Shown here one piece after another: positions 42,566-55,135 of a DNA stretch of 64,000 bases; the first letter of the stretch is position 1, and each line of letters begins with the position of its first letter. Under the pieces are notes generated by a model. It saw only the letters and a list, made by a program, of their open reading frames with translations, had not been told where the DNA came from and ran no database searches. Both the position numbers and the translations under genes were made by a program. Source of the stretch: TPA_inf: Saccharomyces (lineage: Eukaryota); contig BK006941.2 in NCBI GenBank assembly GCA_000146045.2, positions 640,001 to 704,000 of the forward strand. Reading direction: 5' to 3'.

Positions 42566-45500
42566 TTATGATACGAACTTGATCGGTAACCCATAAATAA
42601 CAGGAGCTGCGCCGTTCAAGTAACGTAGATGGCATACACCTCTAGATTTAGAGACGGCATATGAAACAGATAGGCTATTACCATTCAAATCGTCAGTATT
42701 ACAGCGAAATCCCATCTTTTCAAAAAGTTCCTCGCTAAATTTATCAATATCTTTGTCAGTTACATCCCACAGATTACCTAGTACCATAGGGCATCCTCCC
42801 AGCAAATAAGTATAGATTGTTCCAGTAGGTTCTAACTTGCCGTAATATTTCATCGCTGCTGAAGAGCAGCCCAGTAAAAAGCTGGGGGCAATTTTGGTGC
42901 ATTTCTTAATCTCCTTACTCCTTACATATTGTTCACCTCCGCCATGCCCTATATAAACGAATAAGTTAGAATTTTGCAGCATTTTCAAAAGTGTTTCCTC
43001 TTCCGGCTTCTCGTTCATCACTAATTGAGAGGAAGGTTTTGCATCGATTATTTTTTGGAACATACCCTTGAATTTAGATTCAGTCCTGGACAAATCTCCG
43101 TTCGGATTTAATATCATACTAATGTTGTCCTCAATAGTTACTTGAAGGGGTAGTTGGTAATGGAAACGCGATAAAAGTTTATTCAGACAAACATAGGACG
43201 GAACACGTGTGATAGACAAATCTTTCAAAAATGAAAGACACTCCCAAGGGAATAAATGGCATGAACTGCTAACGACTAAAAATGTATGAAATATACTATT
43301 AGTTGTCATAGTTGCCCTATATTTCTTTATTTGCTCTTCTAACTGCACGTGAAGCATGCTGAAATCAATTTCGTCGTAAGCATTTTCTTCACCATGGAAG
43401 AGAAGAATATCAAGAACAAAGTATATCAGGTCTTCCATCTTCGAAAGAAAATCGATTTCTTGCGGATTAAGTTTCAAGAACAATTCGATTACCCAATCTT
43501 CAACTTTTATAAACATTGCCGGATTGCCATAGAGTTTTCTGGAAGGAAGATTTTGATGCAGAATTTCGTAAAATTTATCTTTAAATTTTTCAAATAACGA
43601 GTTGTCGACTACTTCAGGGCTAAAAAACCCTTGAACGCCATTGAACCAACTATTTTCAATGTTATTCAACAATTGTTGCATTCTTTTATCCAAATCATAT
43701 CTTGTGGTCCACCAAGATTTTCTTTCTTCTCTTGTTTTAATCTTGTTGGTAACTTCCACTGACGTCGTTTGGTTGCTTTCATTGATAATAGAAAGTAGTT
43801 TTTTTGTAGCCTCCGGAAATGAGAGATGAACTTCGTCGAGGTCTCTTGAATTAGATCGTATTAGCGGTAGCCTTAAATGCGTCCTTCTCTTACGTCGCGG
43901 TTCTAATTTGGATAGAAGTAAATTTCCAGTTATGGGACAGAAGTCAATAGTTATAACATTAATATTAAGGTTGCTCTCCATTAAGTCCTTCTGGGCGGCA
44001 GATACTCTAATACTCTCTGTAATTGTGGATATATTGTTCGGAGCTATTAGTGATGAAACGCGAAATTCTCGGTAATTTTTATTATCAATATTATTCAATA
44101 CCTTATCGAATAACAAAGGCATATGCCTTGGCAAGTCAGTTAGCGAAAAATTAGTTATCAAACTACTCTCAGCATTATGGATACTAGTTATGTTTGAAAG
44201 GATAGTCAGAGTTAATGAAGAAAGGGAGGAAATTTTGGACAGTTCGTGATTATCTAATGTGTCTAGTTTCAAACTCTCCAAAAGTTCTTTCATCTGTTTT
44301 AATTTACTAATAGCAGCAATTCTATCAAATTTCTGTCTTATATTCTTACCTCTAGGCGTCATGCTCGACGATCTTGGTGAATCGCAAAGCTTCAATCCTG
44401 TACTATGCTTGGAAGGAGTTTTTAAAATGTTGTTGGGCATCGTGCTAGGAATAACAGGCAGAGAAGAGGGAATCCCAAGGGTAGATTCAAACATACCTTT
44501 GAAGAAAGGATCTTCCTCCAATTGGCTCATTACTTTTTGCCACATATTGTGTACTCTATTGATTACATTTTTGGGCATATATTCGGACAGACAAATGCTG
44601 TCGTCAATATCCTTACCCAAGTGAAGCTTCCACAAATTAGGTAGGAATGTTTTTTCTAGCTGGTCACCGAAATATAGGACCAACGACTGCTCTAACTTTA
44701 CAAATTCCTTATTATCATACAGAAACATTGTCAAACTTGTAATGTCTGCCTCAGCATCAAGATAATCAAATGCCTTATTGGCTTTTCCCAAAGTTATATT
44801 TTGAAGACAGGTTTGCTCTGTAATCATATAGTATCTGTGAAGAAAATGCAGACATCTGTAGACGATAATAGGTTCCTCTAAGTCAGAAATAATTCTAGAC
44901 AGTTCTTTACTGTAGAACTCACAGTCTCTGGCAGAACCAATGCGTATATGTATTTTAATGAGTTGGAAAAAACTAAACGATAGACTTTTTAGTAATGCTA
45001 GCCTGGATCCTTGTGACAATTTGTTCTTCTTTTTGAGCAACGATAATGCTAAATTTTGTGCTTTTCTACAATCAATTACTGCGGATATAACATTACCAGC
45101 TTTAATATTTAATTTCGCGCTTTCATTAAAAATTTTTATGTTCAAAAGTATGACTTTGATGTAAAGTGACATGGGTAGGTTGTGGTCGTTATTGATATCA
45201 AATAATTCAGGCTTCATAGCAGGCAGTGTTTTTCCAAAATATATTTGAAACGCTGTCAAGTCAGAGTCCCACAAGTGGACATTTATTAAAGAACTTGCAT
45301 GTAATAACGCCTGCTCTATTTTCGCCGTTGATAAATTCATTGTTTTTTGTAGTTGATTCTTCATCATGAGGGCATCATCAATCATATATAAGCTCAGATA
45401 AGCCTCTAGCAAATAATTGTCGGCATAAGGCACAATACTGGAGTAATACTTTTCTTTTGATTTAATACAGAGTGAAAGTTCAATGGATAACTTATCAAAA

Positions 45501-47458
45501 TTATTAAAGTTCAAGTAGCACAATAGCATTTTAACGAAGTCCATTTCAAATGACGATATTCTCTCGGCCTTTTCATCTGATTTTTGTAGCCATTTGTTTA
45601 TGTACAGCTTAGTTATTTTCGATAGATTCGTTGTCAGGTGTTTACTCATGTCCAGGTTCAATAGGTACACTATTCGTATTAATAGCTCATATTTGTTGAG
45701 CAAGTGTAATTTATCAAACGTATTATTTAGCTCTAAAGGATCCAAATCAAAGATACCCCTCAGTGAGCAAAATATCATTCTGCTTAGTTGTGACCAATTT
45801 TCGGAAGGAATGTTTTCGATAGATGAATTTCCATACAGTACTGAAAGCATAATTTCTGAACTGTTTGAAAACTCGATGAATTTTGTGATTTTTAGGCGTG
45901 TAAAGCAATGAATGAATGCATTTTGGCAAAAGTCAAAAACAAATGATAGCGTATCATTTCGTAGCATGCAATATACATTGAACAAACAGGAAAAGATTTC
46001 AATTTTTTTCTGGGCACTCTGAGCACTAGATATAAATTTTTCAAATTTCAGTATAGTACGATGAGATGTTTTTGAATCATTACTGATTAAAACATTTGAG
46101 ATTTCCAAATTAGCAGTCTTTAACAAAAACGAATGACTCTTAAATAAAACAGAAGCATTGAAAAGGACACTGATAATATTTGACAGTCGTTTAGGCTCTT
46201 TATAATCGATACAAATTTCTGATAAAACTCCCAGAAGTTCGGATAATAATGCCGCCGCAGATTCGTCATTAATGGATTTAATATTTGAGTTGATATAAAT
46301 AACAGTACAATCAAACTGCCTCAATATATCCTTATTTTTAGGTAATCCCTCTAGGCGAATAGTAGACCAAAGACAGACTAAACATTTTAATGTTGCGGAT
46401 ATATGTTTCCCTTTATTTTGTAGAAAATTCGTTGCATTTTCGAGTATTACGTTCAAATCATCGACAGATATACAGGACCAGAGAAGACGGTTTTCACTCA
46501 TGTTGCAGTATTCATTGAATTCTTTTTTACTTTTTATCGCTCTTTGTACCTCAGTAGTTTCTTCGTAACTTAAAATGTCTAGAAGCATTATTTTATCCAA
46601 TCCATCGTACAGCATGGAATAGGATAAGTAAAATGAATTTAAATATATTTTATTAGGTCCCATCTCCAAATAATTTTTATGAAGAAGGTTTTTGCTAAAA
46701 CACTCGACGGTAATGTTGCTAATGAACTTTTTAAAAGGTAATTTGAACTGTTTGATATATTGTAGAAATTTTAGCCCGAATAGAACTTTGCAACTCGTCG
46801 TGACAGAAAAAAAGCTCAGCACGATTTTTGTGAGAGCGTGAGCTTTGAGGTTAGGGTCTTTCAAAAGATATCTTTTATCATGGGAAAATAGTTCTAATAT
46901 ATGCGGTAAGTATTCGTCTACTAGCTTTCTTTTCAGTATAATCTGCAGCGCTAATATTTTCAGATTTGAAAGATAGTAGTCGTTCCACGTACTGAAGTCT
47001 GCTAGAAGAATGTTTTTCAGACTATGAGCTTGAAATAAATTCGTTTCATTGAAAAGAAAAATAATTTCAGAGGAGGCCAATCCTAATGCGTTATTATTTA
47101 TTAGTTTAACAATTATCATCAAATGTTGTTTAACAGTGGAGTTTATATGGCCCCACATGTGATGGCTCTTCAATAGGCTATATATTGAATTTAATGAATG
47201 GTCAACAGTGGTAATATCCTCAATGGCTAAGTCTATGTTATTGCTTGCAATTTTTGTAAAGTCACGTATTATGTTATTATGCATTGCTAGTATGCCAATA
47301 GAATTGGATGAGGCGTCTCCAGACAACACCGAGGTCAGTGGTCTAGTTTGGCCACTATGATGTACTTTCGAAAGCGTGTCGTTTAAAAGGTAGGACTTGC
47401 TAGTCATCGGAGTATTCGGACTAATCTCATTCAGCGGTTCCTCCTGTTTTACCATCAT
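42566..47458 (-). CDS. ESP1: Separase, 1630 aa
   Basis: The minus-strand ORF starts at the CAT at 47456-47458 and is 1630 aa. A caspase-like C-terminal protease region is present (...YIGHGGGEQY...LLGCSSAA...), which I recognise as ESP1. Confidence 0.95.
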   Translation of the reverse strand: MMVKQEEPLNEISPNTPMTSKSYLLNDTLSKVHHSGQTRPLTSVLSGDASSNSIGILAMHNNIIRDFTKIASNNIDLAIEDITTVDHSLNSIYSLLKSHHMWGHINSTVKQHLMIIVKLINNNALGLASSEIIFLFNETNLFQAHSLKNILLADFSTWNDYYLSNLKILALQIILKRKLVDEYLPHILELFSHDKRYLLKDPNLKAHALTKIVLSFFSVTTSCKVLFGLKFLQYIKQFKLPFKKFISNITVECFSKNLLHKNYLEMGPNKIYLNSFYLSYSMLYDGLDKIMLLDILSYEETTEVQRAIKSKKEFNEYCNMSENRLLWSCISVDDLNVILENATNFLQNKGKHISATLKCLVCLWSTIRLEGLPKNKDILRQFDCTVIYINSNIKSINDESAAALLSELLGVLSEICIDYKEPKRLSNIISVLFNASVLFKSHSFLLKTANLEISNVLISNDSKTSHRTILKFEKFISSAQSAQKKIEIFSCLFNVYCMLRNDTLSFVFDFCQNAFIHCFTRLKITKFIEFSNSSEIMLSVLYGNSSIENIPSENWSQLSRMIFCSLRGIFDLDPLELNNTFDKLHLLNKYELLIRIVYLLNLDMSKHLTTNLSKITKLYINKWLQKSDEKAERISSFEMDFVKMLLCYLNFNNFDKLSIELSLCIKSKEKYYSSIVPYADNYLLEAYLSLYMIDDALMMKNQLQKTMNLSTAKIEQALLHASSLINVHLWDSDLTAFQIYFGKTLPAMKPELFDINNDHNLPMSLYIKVILLNIKIFNESAKLNIKAGNVISAVIDCRKAQNLALSLLKKKNKLSQGSRLALLKSLSFSFFQLIKIHIRIGSARDCEFYSKELSRIISDLEEPIIVYRCLHFLHRYYMITEQTCLQNITLGKANKAFDYLDAEADITSLTMFLYDNKEFVKLEQSLVLYFGDQLEKTFLPNLWKLHLGKDIDDSICLSEYMPKNVINRVHNMWQKVMSQLEEDPFFKGMFESTLGIPSSLPVIPSTMPNNILKTPSKHSTGLKLCDSPRSSSMTPRGKNIRQKFDRIAAISKLKQMKELLESLKLDTLDNHELSKISSLSSLTLTILSNITSIHNAESSLITNFSLTDLPRHMPLLFDKVLNNIDNKNYREFRVSSLIAPNNISTITESIRVSAAQKDLMESNLNINVITIDFCPITGNLLLSKLEPRRKRRTHLRLPLIRSNSRDLDEVHLSFPEATKKLLSIINESNQTTSVEVTNKIKTREERKSWWTTRYDLDKRMQQLLNNIENSWFNGVQGFFSPEVVDNSLFEKFKDKFYEILHQNLPSRKLYGNPAMFIKVEDWVIELFLKLNPQEIDFLSKMEDLIYFVLDILLFHGEENAYDEIDFSMLHVQLEEQIKKYRATMTTNSIFHTFLVVSSSCHLFPWECLSFLKDLSITRVPSYVCLNKLLSRFHYQLPLQVTIEDNISMILNPNGDLSRTESKFKGMFQKIIDAKPSSQLVMNEKPEEETLLKMLQNSNLFVYIGHGGGEQYVRSKEIKKCTKIAPSFLLGCSSAAMKYYGKLEPTGTIYTYLLGGCPMVLGNLWDVTDKDIDKFSEELFEKMGFRCNTDDLNGNSLSVSYAVSKSRGVCHLRYLNGAAPVIYGLPIKFVS

Positions 47459-47898
47459 TCCTTAATTTATAAGCACTTCGTGCCTAGGTTAAATTATTAC
47501 TAGGTTAGCCTCAAAAATGTTGGGTTTAGGTCAACTTTTTACTATGCTCGCAGTTAGAAGGAAAAGAAAAATATGCTATAGCCAGATGCTCCTGTGAAAC
47601 GTGTCCTAACTAAAATAATTCGGATGTTTCTGATGATAGAGTGTCTATATTCCTCCAAAAGGAATTTAACTAATTGTGGTAAGCTTCTCGCTTCAAATGC
47701 GCAATGTTACGTGGATGGGCTTTGTATCCATGTTCTTGTTTTTGTTTGTTTACCTCTTTTCTGTAAAGACCCGTGAAGTTTGAAAAGAAAGAAAATAAAA
47801 ACAAACACCAAGAAATGCAGACAATAAGTACTTGTGGACAGGTTGCCGCTAATAGAACGTGAATCGAGCTACTTTATACGCATTTAATTCCTCATGAA

Positions 47899-49965
47899 AT
47901 GGTTTTAGAAACGCTGAAACAAGGGCTTGACAGCAGTCAAATACATGAAGCTTTAATACAACTAGATTCCTATCCTCGCGAACCGGTGGATCTAGATGCC
48001 TCGATGGTTCTCATAAAATTCGTAATTCCAGTTTATCCATCACTACCAGAAAGATCGAAGGTGATATTGAGACGGCTAGCTTCTAAATCGTTTACATTTT
48101 TATGCCAAATTGTCACCTTCTCAAGGACAATAAGTGGCCGCGATGGACTGCAAGAGATACGCATATACCAAGAAATTTTAGAAGACATCATCAGTTTTGA
48201 ACCGGGATGTTTGACTTTTTATTTAAAGGCAAGCACTACTAGCAAAGCAGACCGTGATAGCATTAAGGCCCTTTTCTTTGGGAGCAAGTTATTTAATGTG
48301 TTGGCCAACCGAATTGATATGGCGAAATATTTGGGATACCTTCGGCTTCAGTGGAAATTTCTACTTGAGAGTAATGAAACAGATCCACCTGGGTTTTTAG
48401 GGGAATGGTTAGTTTCATCATTTTTGCTTAACCCAGTGCTAGCGGCAGATATGTTATTAGGCGAATTATTTTTATTGAAAGAGTCGTATTTCTTTTCTTT
48501 TCAGAAAATCATATCTGCTAGTAGTCTGATAGATCAAAAGAGGCTGATTGCTAAGTTTTTATTACCATATATTCAAGTTATCGTGACTTTAGAAAATTTG
48601 AACGATGTTAGGAAAATTCTGCGGCGGTTTGATCTCGATAAAATCATAAGTCTGTCCGTATTATTTGAAATACAGTCGCTGCCATTGAAGGAAGTGATAG
48701 TACGTCTGATGAGCAACCACTCTTCCACGAAGTTTGTTAGCGCTTTGGTAAGTAAATTTGCTGATTTTACAGATGAGGAAGTAGACACAAAGACATGTGA
48801 ATTGCTTGTACTCTTTGCAGTGCACAATCTCAATCATTCCCAGAGAGAGGAAATAGCACACGATGAGCGGTTTTTGAATGGCGTGACCAAACATTTAGGT
48901 AGCAATGAACGTGAGGCAAGGGAGCGTGCGATGTTTATTGCCAAGCTTTTATCAGGCGGTCATCTGAAGTACGAAAGTGATTTTAAAATCAATATACCGA
49001 ATGTCAAATTCGAAAGCAATAGCGATGATAAAATCATTGATTTCCAATCTTTAAAAAATCCATCCATATGCAATACCCAAACTGATGTGGGTAAGGATAA
49101 GATTACTGAGGTCTCGGGTCATGTTCAAAGCCTTACATTGGACTGCAGTGATAGCGATGATGAAGATGAGAACGATGAGCGGGAGATTGTTAAACGAATT
49201 GTATTTTTAAAAGATTTAATGAAAGAATACGAAAAAACTGGGGAATCTCGAAAAGCTCCATTGATACCACTTCTGAAGCAAACAGTGAAATTGATACGGC
49301 AAAAGGCGGATTTTCAGTTAGAGGTTGGCTATTATGCACAAGGTATTCTGTCAAGCATTGTGTGCTTGAATAATGAATTTGATGAACCGCTTTTCGAGCA
49401 GTGGAGAATAAACGCTCTAACAAGCATACTGGTCGTCCTTCCAGAGAAGGTGAATGGCGCTATAAATATTCTATTCAATTCAGAACTGTCGTTACAGCAA
49501 AGGATGTCACTATTGTCGGCTCTGGGTCTTTCTGCAAGAGAGTTGAGAGGGCTTGATGATCCTACTATTGTCAAGCCCAAGTTTGATTTTCCAACAAATC
49601 GTTTACCGTGGGATGATCAAAGCCATCATAATAGTAGGCTTGTTGAAGTTCAAGAGTCAACAAGTATGATAAAGAAGACGAAAACAGTATGGAAATCTAG
49701 AAAACTAGGCAAGGATCGAGAAAAAGGAACGCAAAACCGCTTTAGAAAATATGCTGGTCTATTCTTCTATCCGCTAGCACACGGTTGGCTTAATGGAATT
49801 GACGTAGGCACATACAATCAGCTTTTTAAGTCGCATTATTTAACAACACTGCGTATCATATACTCTTGCGCTAACCCGGTCCACGATTTTGAATCCATGA
49901 CGGAGTTGATGAATCATATAATTAGTTCAGCCATAGAGGAAGGAATTTCTCTCAATAAAGGTTAG
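47899..49965 (+). CDS. TEL2: Tel2, TTT-complex and telomere-length protein, 688 aa
   Basis: The ATG is at 47899 and the ORF is 688 aa, matching YGR099W in position and length. It is oriented divergently from ESP1. Confidence 0.9.
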   Translation: MVLETLKQGLDSSQIHEALIQLDSYPREPVDLDASMVLIKFVIPVYPSLPERSKVILRRLASKSFTFLCQIVTFSRTISGRDGLQEIRIYQEILEDIISFEPGCLTFYLKASTTSKADRDSIKALFFGSKLFNVLANRIDMAKYLGYLRLQWKFLLESNETDPPGFLGEWLVSSFLLNPVLAADMLLGELFLLKESYFFSFQKIISASSLIDQKRLIAKFLLPYIQVIVTLENLNDVRKILRRFDLDKIISLSVLFEIQSLPLKEVIVRLMSNHSSTKFVSALVSKFADFTDEEVDTKTCELLVLFAVHNLNHSQREEIAHDERFLNGVTKHLGSNEREARERAMFIAKLLSGGHLKYESDFKINIPNVKFESNSDDKIIDFQSLKNPSICNTQTDVGKDKITEVSGHVQSLTLDCSDSDDEDENDEREIVKRIVFLKDLMKEYEKTGESRKAPLIPLLKQTVKLIRQKADFQLEVGYYAQGILSSIVCLNNEFDEPLFEQWRINALTSILVVLPEKVNGAINILFNSELSLQQRMSLLSALGLSARELRGLDDPTIVKPKFDFPTNRLPWDDQSHHNSRLVEVQESTSMIKKTKTVWKSRKLGKDREKGTQNRFRKYAGLFFYPLAHGWLNGIDVGTYNQLFKSHYLTTLRIIYSCANPVHDFESMTELMNHIISSAIEEGISLNKG

Positions 49966-50244
49966 TAGCATAGTTATTTGTACCAATCTTATGATACATA
50001 TTTGAATAAATTTAGTGCGTTCTCTGTCAGCGTCGTTAGTATTTAATGCACAGCATATTATTTCAGAAGGTCGGCCGACTCCTGCAACTGGGAAAAAGAA
50101 CTTCAATAAGAAAAGGCCTGAACAAATCTGCTTGGTAAGGGCCCAACAACATTTAAGAAATTGTACATTTTGAAAGCACTGATCCATCAATTAAAGCACC
50201 GAACAACCTCAGAGTTGATACAATTATTAGTTAAAGGATAGGAT

Positions 50245-53097
50245 ATGTCATTTTTTGATTCTTTACGTCAAAAGGCACCCTTTTTGGATAAACTGGCAGA
50301 CAGTTTCACTCCAACATTAACCAGAGATGAGAAATTCAGATTAAAATATAAACTTCCAGCTAATGAAAACATTTTGGAAGATACGAATGCAGAAGTTTCA
50401 TTTGCAACTTCCATTAAAGATGGAAAAGGGCATTCTGATAGAGTGAACAATAAAGGGAGAAAAACTGCTTATGTGTATTCCGGGAGATTGTTTTTAACAC
50501 CTCATTTTCTGGTATTTCGAGATGCATTTGATCATTCATCGTGCGTACTAATACTGAATATTTCTACCATTAAACGTGTAGAGAGGTCGCCATCCGAATC
50601 ATATGAATTTGCTCTTCTAGTAACTTTGTACACAGGAGCAAAGGTTCTGATTCAATTTATCGGTATACGTTATAGATCGGAGCAGTTTTGTGACAAATTG
50701 AAACTAAATTTGAAAGAAAATATTCCTAATGCCAAAACTTTACCTGCTTTTCTAGAAACCTCATATTCGGAGTTCTTAATTGCTAAAAATATTCTAGGTA
50801 AAAAGGACATAACTGTACCCAGGGCAGGTCTAGGACAACATTTCAAGTATCCCGGTAATCCTACTATGGTAAAAGAAAAGGCTAAATTGAGGCTATGGTT
50901 CGATTATTTCAGAGAGAATGGAAGGAATTTGGCAGTTGTGCAAACTCCTATGTTCCGAAAGTTAATCAGAATCGGTGTTCCAAATCGAATGAGAGGTGAA
51001 ATTTGGGAACTATGTTCAGGTGCAATGTATATGCGTTATGCAAATTCTGGGGAGTACGAAAGGATATTAAACGAGAATGCTGGTAAAACATCGCAAGCTA
51101 TCGACGAAATTGAGAAGGATTTGAAGAGATCGCTGCCCGAATACTCAGCATACCAGACTGAAGAAGGTATTCAAAGGTTGAGAAATGTTCTGACAGCTTA
51201 TTCGTGGAAGAACCCTGATGTTGGATATTGCCAGGCCATGAATATAGTTGTTGCAGGATTTTTAATCTTTATGTCTGAAGAGCAGGCTTTTTGGTGCTTG
51301 TGTAATCTATGTGACATCTATGTTCCAGGTTATTACTCAAAGACGATGTACGGTACATTGTTAGACCAACGAGTGTTCGAGTCTTTTGTAGAGGACAGAA
51401 TGCCGGTTCTTTGGGAATACATTTTACAGCATGATATTCAACTATCTGTGGTGTCTTTACCTTGGTTTTTGTCTTTGTTTTTCACTTCAATGCCTCTAGA
51501 ATATGCTGTTAGAATAATGGATATTTTTTTTATGAACGGTTCTATTACTCTATTTCAGGTGGCATTAGCAGTTCTGAAGATAAATGCAGATGATATCTTA
51601 CAAGCCGATGATGATGGAATGTTCATTGCCATAATTAAGCACTATTTCCAAACTCTGGGACAAAGTGCTCACCCAGATTCAAGCGATATAAAATATAGAC
51701 AAATCACGAAATTTCAAGAGCTGTTAGTTACGGCTTTCAAAGAGTTTAGTGTCATCAGCGAGGAAATGGCAATGCATGCAAGACACAAATATGAGAAAGG
51801 TATTTTTCAAAACATTGAGACTTTCATGAAAAGAACGCAACTGCGCCATATGCCAAAAACTTTCAACCTGTCCAGTGATGACTTGTCCAATATCTATGAC
51901 ATGTTTTACCAAAGTATAGAAACCTACAAAATTAGTATGGGAACGGGATCATCTAATATGGGTTTCGAAGTATTCATTCAGTTCTTGAGTAAATTCTGTG
52001 ACTCCTGTAGACCGTGTGAAAAGGACAAAGATCCAGCTTTCCGGAAACAAAAAAGGAATTTTCTGCAAAGGTTATTTGATAACTGGGATTCTGCTCATAT
52101 CGGCGAGTTGACATTGAACGATGTGGTAACAGGCTTGGATAAACTGGTAACTGTTGATCTTTTACAAGCTATAAACTATTTTTTCTCTTTATATGATACA
52201 GATGGCGATGGTGAATTGCATAGAGAAGAAGTGCTACAGTTGTCGGAAGGGCTGCTACTGCTAACGGAACCTTGGAAGAGCGGTAGATATGTAGATCTGT
52301 TAACTAAAAAGCGCATTGAAGATGATATTGCTGAAAACATCATCAAGGAAAGCGGTGGAGAGATAGCCACTATGAACCAAATCGAGTTACCAACTGGGGT
52401 TACTATTGATGAGGAAAAATATAAAGTTGAACAAGCAGAAAGATACCTAAAAGCTGCAAGCAATTTCCTACAAAGATCTTTTGAATATGCTAAAGCAGTT
52501 GATCTCGCGGAGGAGGTAAACTTGATTGACTTGTCTGATGATGAAGGCGAAGAAAAGCGAACGGTAAAACAAAAACAACTGGAAAGCATAAAGGCAAATG
52601 CAGCCCTAGATCCCACCCATCCAAAAGTAATAGATTTGCCAACATTTAGAATGATCATCCTCGCAGATGAAACTTACGAGCTTTTCTTTTCTAATACTTT
52701 ACGATCATCTGTTCACGTCGACGAACATGTCAACATTGATAACAAAAATAAAGTCCTCAGAAGTATGTTTGACGGTATATTGGCAGACGGCAAAAGAGTT
52801 GCTGAGCAAGTTCGTCGTCGTGTCGATTCGGTGGCAACTAGGAGCAGCATTGCTTCTGTAGAGAGTACGCCAACAGCCGCTGCAAGTTCAATAACTACCA
52901 AAGAAGAAAAGTACGATGATCTAGATGATTTCACGTCAGAGCATCAACCCGAGAATGAAGAGTTATTACAAAGTTCCTGGTTTGAGATCGACGATGCCAA
53001 TGAAACTAGCACTAAAGCCATACAAGAAAGGTCTTTTGAGCCTTTGTCGGCAAATTCCTCGGAAGAGAAGTCCAACCTTATTGAATTTGAAGCATGA
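50245..53097 (+). CDS. MDR1: Mdr1, TBC-domain Rab GTPase-activating protein, 950 aa
   Basis: The ATG is at 50245 and the ORF is 950 aa. It has TBC-domain motifs ([19 protein letters not shown] with the arginine finger, and YCQAMNIV with the glutamine finger), an N-terminal GRAM-like region and a C-terminal EF-hand-like [12 protein letters not shown]. Confidence 0.85.
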
Positions 53098-53362
53098 AAT
53101 CGTGCTTATCAATTTTATGTCACCCTAAAACATCTGTACGTGTTTATATAGATATTTAAAGCAATATTTGCCAGGATTTGGTGAAGATCCCTCATATAAC
53201 TCTCATAAATGCGGATTTTCGGAGCGAAAAAAGCCTAAATTCTTGTCTGGAAGTATAATTGGCGGTGAAATAGAAAAGGTGGCAATCACGACTGAAAAGG
53301 GTACAGCTTTCGCAACTGACATATACAGACAGTGAAAAGTAATAAATTGCCCAAGTGTGAAC

Positions 53363-54403
53363 ATGTCAGGTGTAAGCTCTGTTATGCTCGGTCTTCGACC
53401 TGCTACAAGAATTTTTTTCCGCAGTAATATTTCGGTTTCACCTTCGAGGACTTTTGTATCATATATTGGAAGATCCCAGAGCACGTCGATACTCAAAAAT
53501 GCTCCCAACTTAGAGGACAATGTCACAAATCTTCAGAAAATTATACCGAAACGGTTCTTTTCTCAAACATCAATTTTGAAATCAAGGTGGAAGCCTATAT
53601 TCAATGAAGAAACTACTAATCGATACGTACGTTTGAACAGGTTTCAGCAGTACCAGCAGCAGAGAAGCGGCGGCAATCCTCTGGGCTCTATGACTATTTT
53701 GGGGCTCTCTTTAATGGCAGGAATATATTTTGGCTCCCCTTATTTGTTCGAGCACGTTCCACCCTTTACGTATTTTAAGACGCATCCAAAGAATCTGGTA
53801 TACGCGTTATTAGGCATCAATGTTGCCGTATTTGGACTATGGCAGCTACCCAAATGCTGGAGGTTTCTACAGAAGTACATGTTGCTGCAAAAGGATTACG
53901 TAACTAGCAAAATTTCGATAATCGGAAGTGCGTTTTCACATCAAGAATTCTGGCACTTAGGTATGAACATGCTAGCGTTGTGGTCCTTTGGTACTTCACT
54001 CGCAACAATGTTGGGAGCATCCAATTTTTTCTCCTTATATATGAATAGTGCCATTGCAGGTTCTTTGTTTTCGTTATGGTATCCAAAACTGGCACGCCTA
54101 GCCATTGTCGGACCTAGCTTGGGTGCCAGTGGAGCGCTATTTGGGGTTTTAGGATGTTTTTCATATCTATTCCCACACGCTAAAATTTTGCTGTTTGTTT
54201 TCCCAGTCCCAGGTGGGGCTTGGGTAGCATTCTTGGCTTCAGTGGCATGGAATGCAGCTGGTTGTGCTTTAAGATGGGGGTCATTTGATTACGCTGCGCA
54301 TTTAGGTGGCTCTATGATGGGGGTCTTGTACGGATGGTATATAAGTAAAGCTGTAGAGAAACAAAGGCAGCGTCGCCTTCAGGCTGCTGGTAGGTGGTTT
54401 TAA
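53363..54403 (+). CDS. PCP1: Pcp1, mitochondrial rhomboid protease, 346 aa
   Basis: The track ORF begins at a GTG at 53357; the ATG at 53363 gives MSGVSSVMLG... and 346 aa. The multi-TM protein has the rhomboid catalytic motifs (GASGALFG and the downstream AAHLGG). Confidence 0.85.
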   Translation: MSGVSSVMLGLRPATRIFFRSNISVSPSRTFVSYIGRSQSTSILKNAPNLEDNVTNLQKIIPKRFFSQTSILKSRWKPIFNEETTNRYVRLNRFQQYQQQRSGGNPLGSMTILGLSLMAGIYFGSPYLFEHVPPFTYFKTHPKNLVYALLGINVAVFGLWQLPKCWRFLQKYMLLQKDYVTSKISIIGSAFSHQEFWHLGMNMLALWSFGTSLATMLGASNFFSLYMNSAIAGSLFSLWYPKLARLAIVGPSLGASGALFGVLGCFSYLFPHAKILLFVFPVPGGAWVAFLASVAWNAAGCALRWGSFDYAAHLGGSMMGVLYGWYISKAVEKQRQRRLQAAGRWF

Positions 54404-54583
54404 TCACTTAAAAAAAGACACATTCTCATTCGAAATATTGTAAATACTGCTATGTCTTCTATGTACTTAATCTTATTTATGCATTTGAAAAATATTTCAG
54501 CCTTATCGTGGTGGTACATGTACAAGAAAATTCATAGGCAAAAGAATATATAGAATAGAGCGTATGTGTTACTTTTCTAAGTC

Positions 54584-55135
54584 TTACTTCCTGTTTTTGA
54601 GTAGTCCCTCTTTGACAACAAAATATGCATTTTTGGATTCCGCGGCAAGTCCAGTTGCTTTCCAAGATCCGCTAACTTCTCCTAGCTCAGCATCCTGCTT
54701 TTGGTGGCTGATGCCTTCAAGTAGCTTTGTGTAGTTCAGCTGTTTCGTATTTCTTTGCACCAACCGAGCATCATATTCCTTGGTGTGCTTTTCACCTTCG
54801 ACAGGTATGTTATGGAGTTTGTTGATGAATGATAATTGCTTGGCAAGTCGCATTTGAATTTCTTTAATATCTGCTCCTTCCAAGGGAAGACCTGATAACC
54901 GCAACAATTTTTTTACAGCTTCAGCAGACGGTGGCTCTAGTTTTTCCTCTTTAGTGTTTATGCCTAAATATTCGTGGACGGACCATACAGGTCTTGATAA
55001 ATAATCCCTTATTTGATTCATATTTTCAAATTTTTTACCAATCTTTGCCCCTCCCGTAGATACGAACCGATGACTTCCATCATGGCATAACCCACCCACT
55101 GTATGTGTTCTGCATAGACGCCATGTTTTGTACAT
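54584..55135 (-). CDS. GTF1: Gtf1, GatF subunit of the mitochondrial Glu-tRNA(Gln) amidotransferase, 183 aa
   Basis: The minus-strand ORF starts at the CAT at 55133-55135 and is 183 aa, at the YGR102C position, divergent from NOP7. The call is by position and length. Confidence 0.75.
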   Translation of the reverse strand: MYKTWRLCRTHTVGGLCHDGSHRFVSTGGAKIGKKFENMNQIRDYLSRPVWSVHEYLGINTKEEKLEPPSAEAVKKLLRLSGLPLEGADIKEIQMRLAKQLSFINKLHNIPVEGEKHTKEYDARLVQRNTKQLNYTKLLEGISHQKQDAELGEVSGSWKATGLAAESKNAYFVVKEGLLKNRK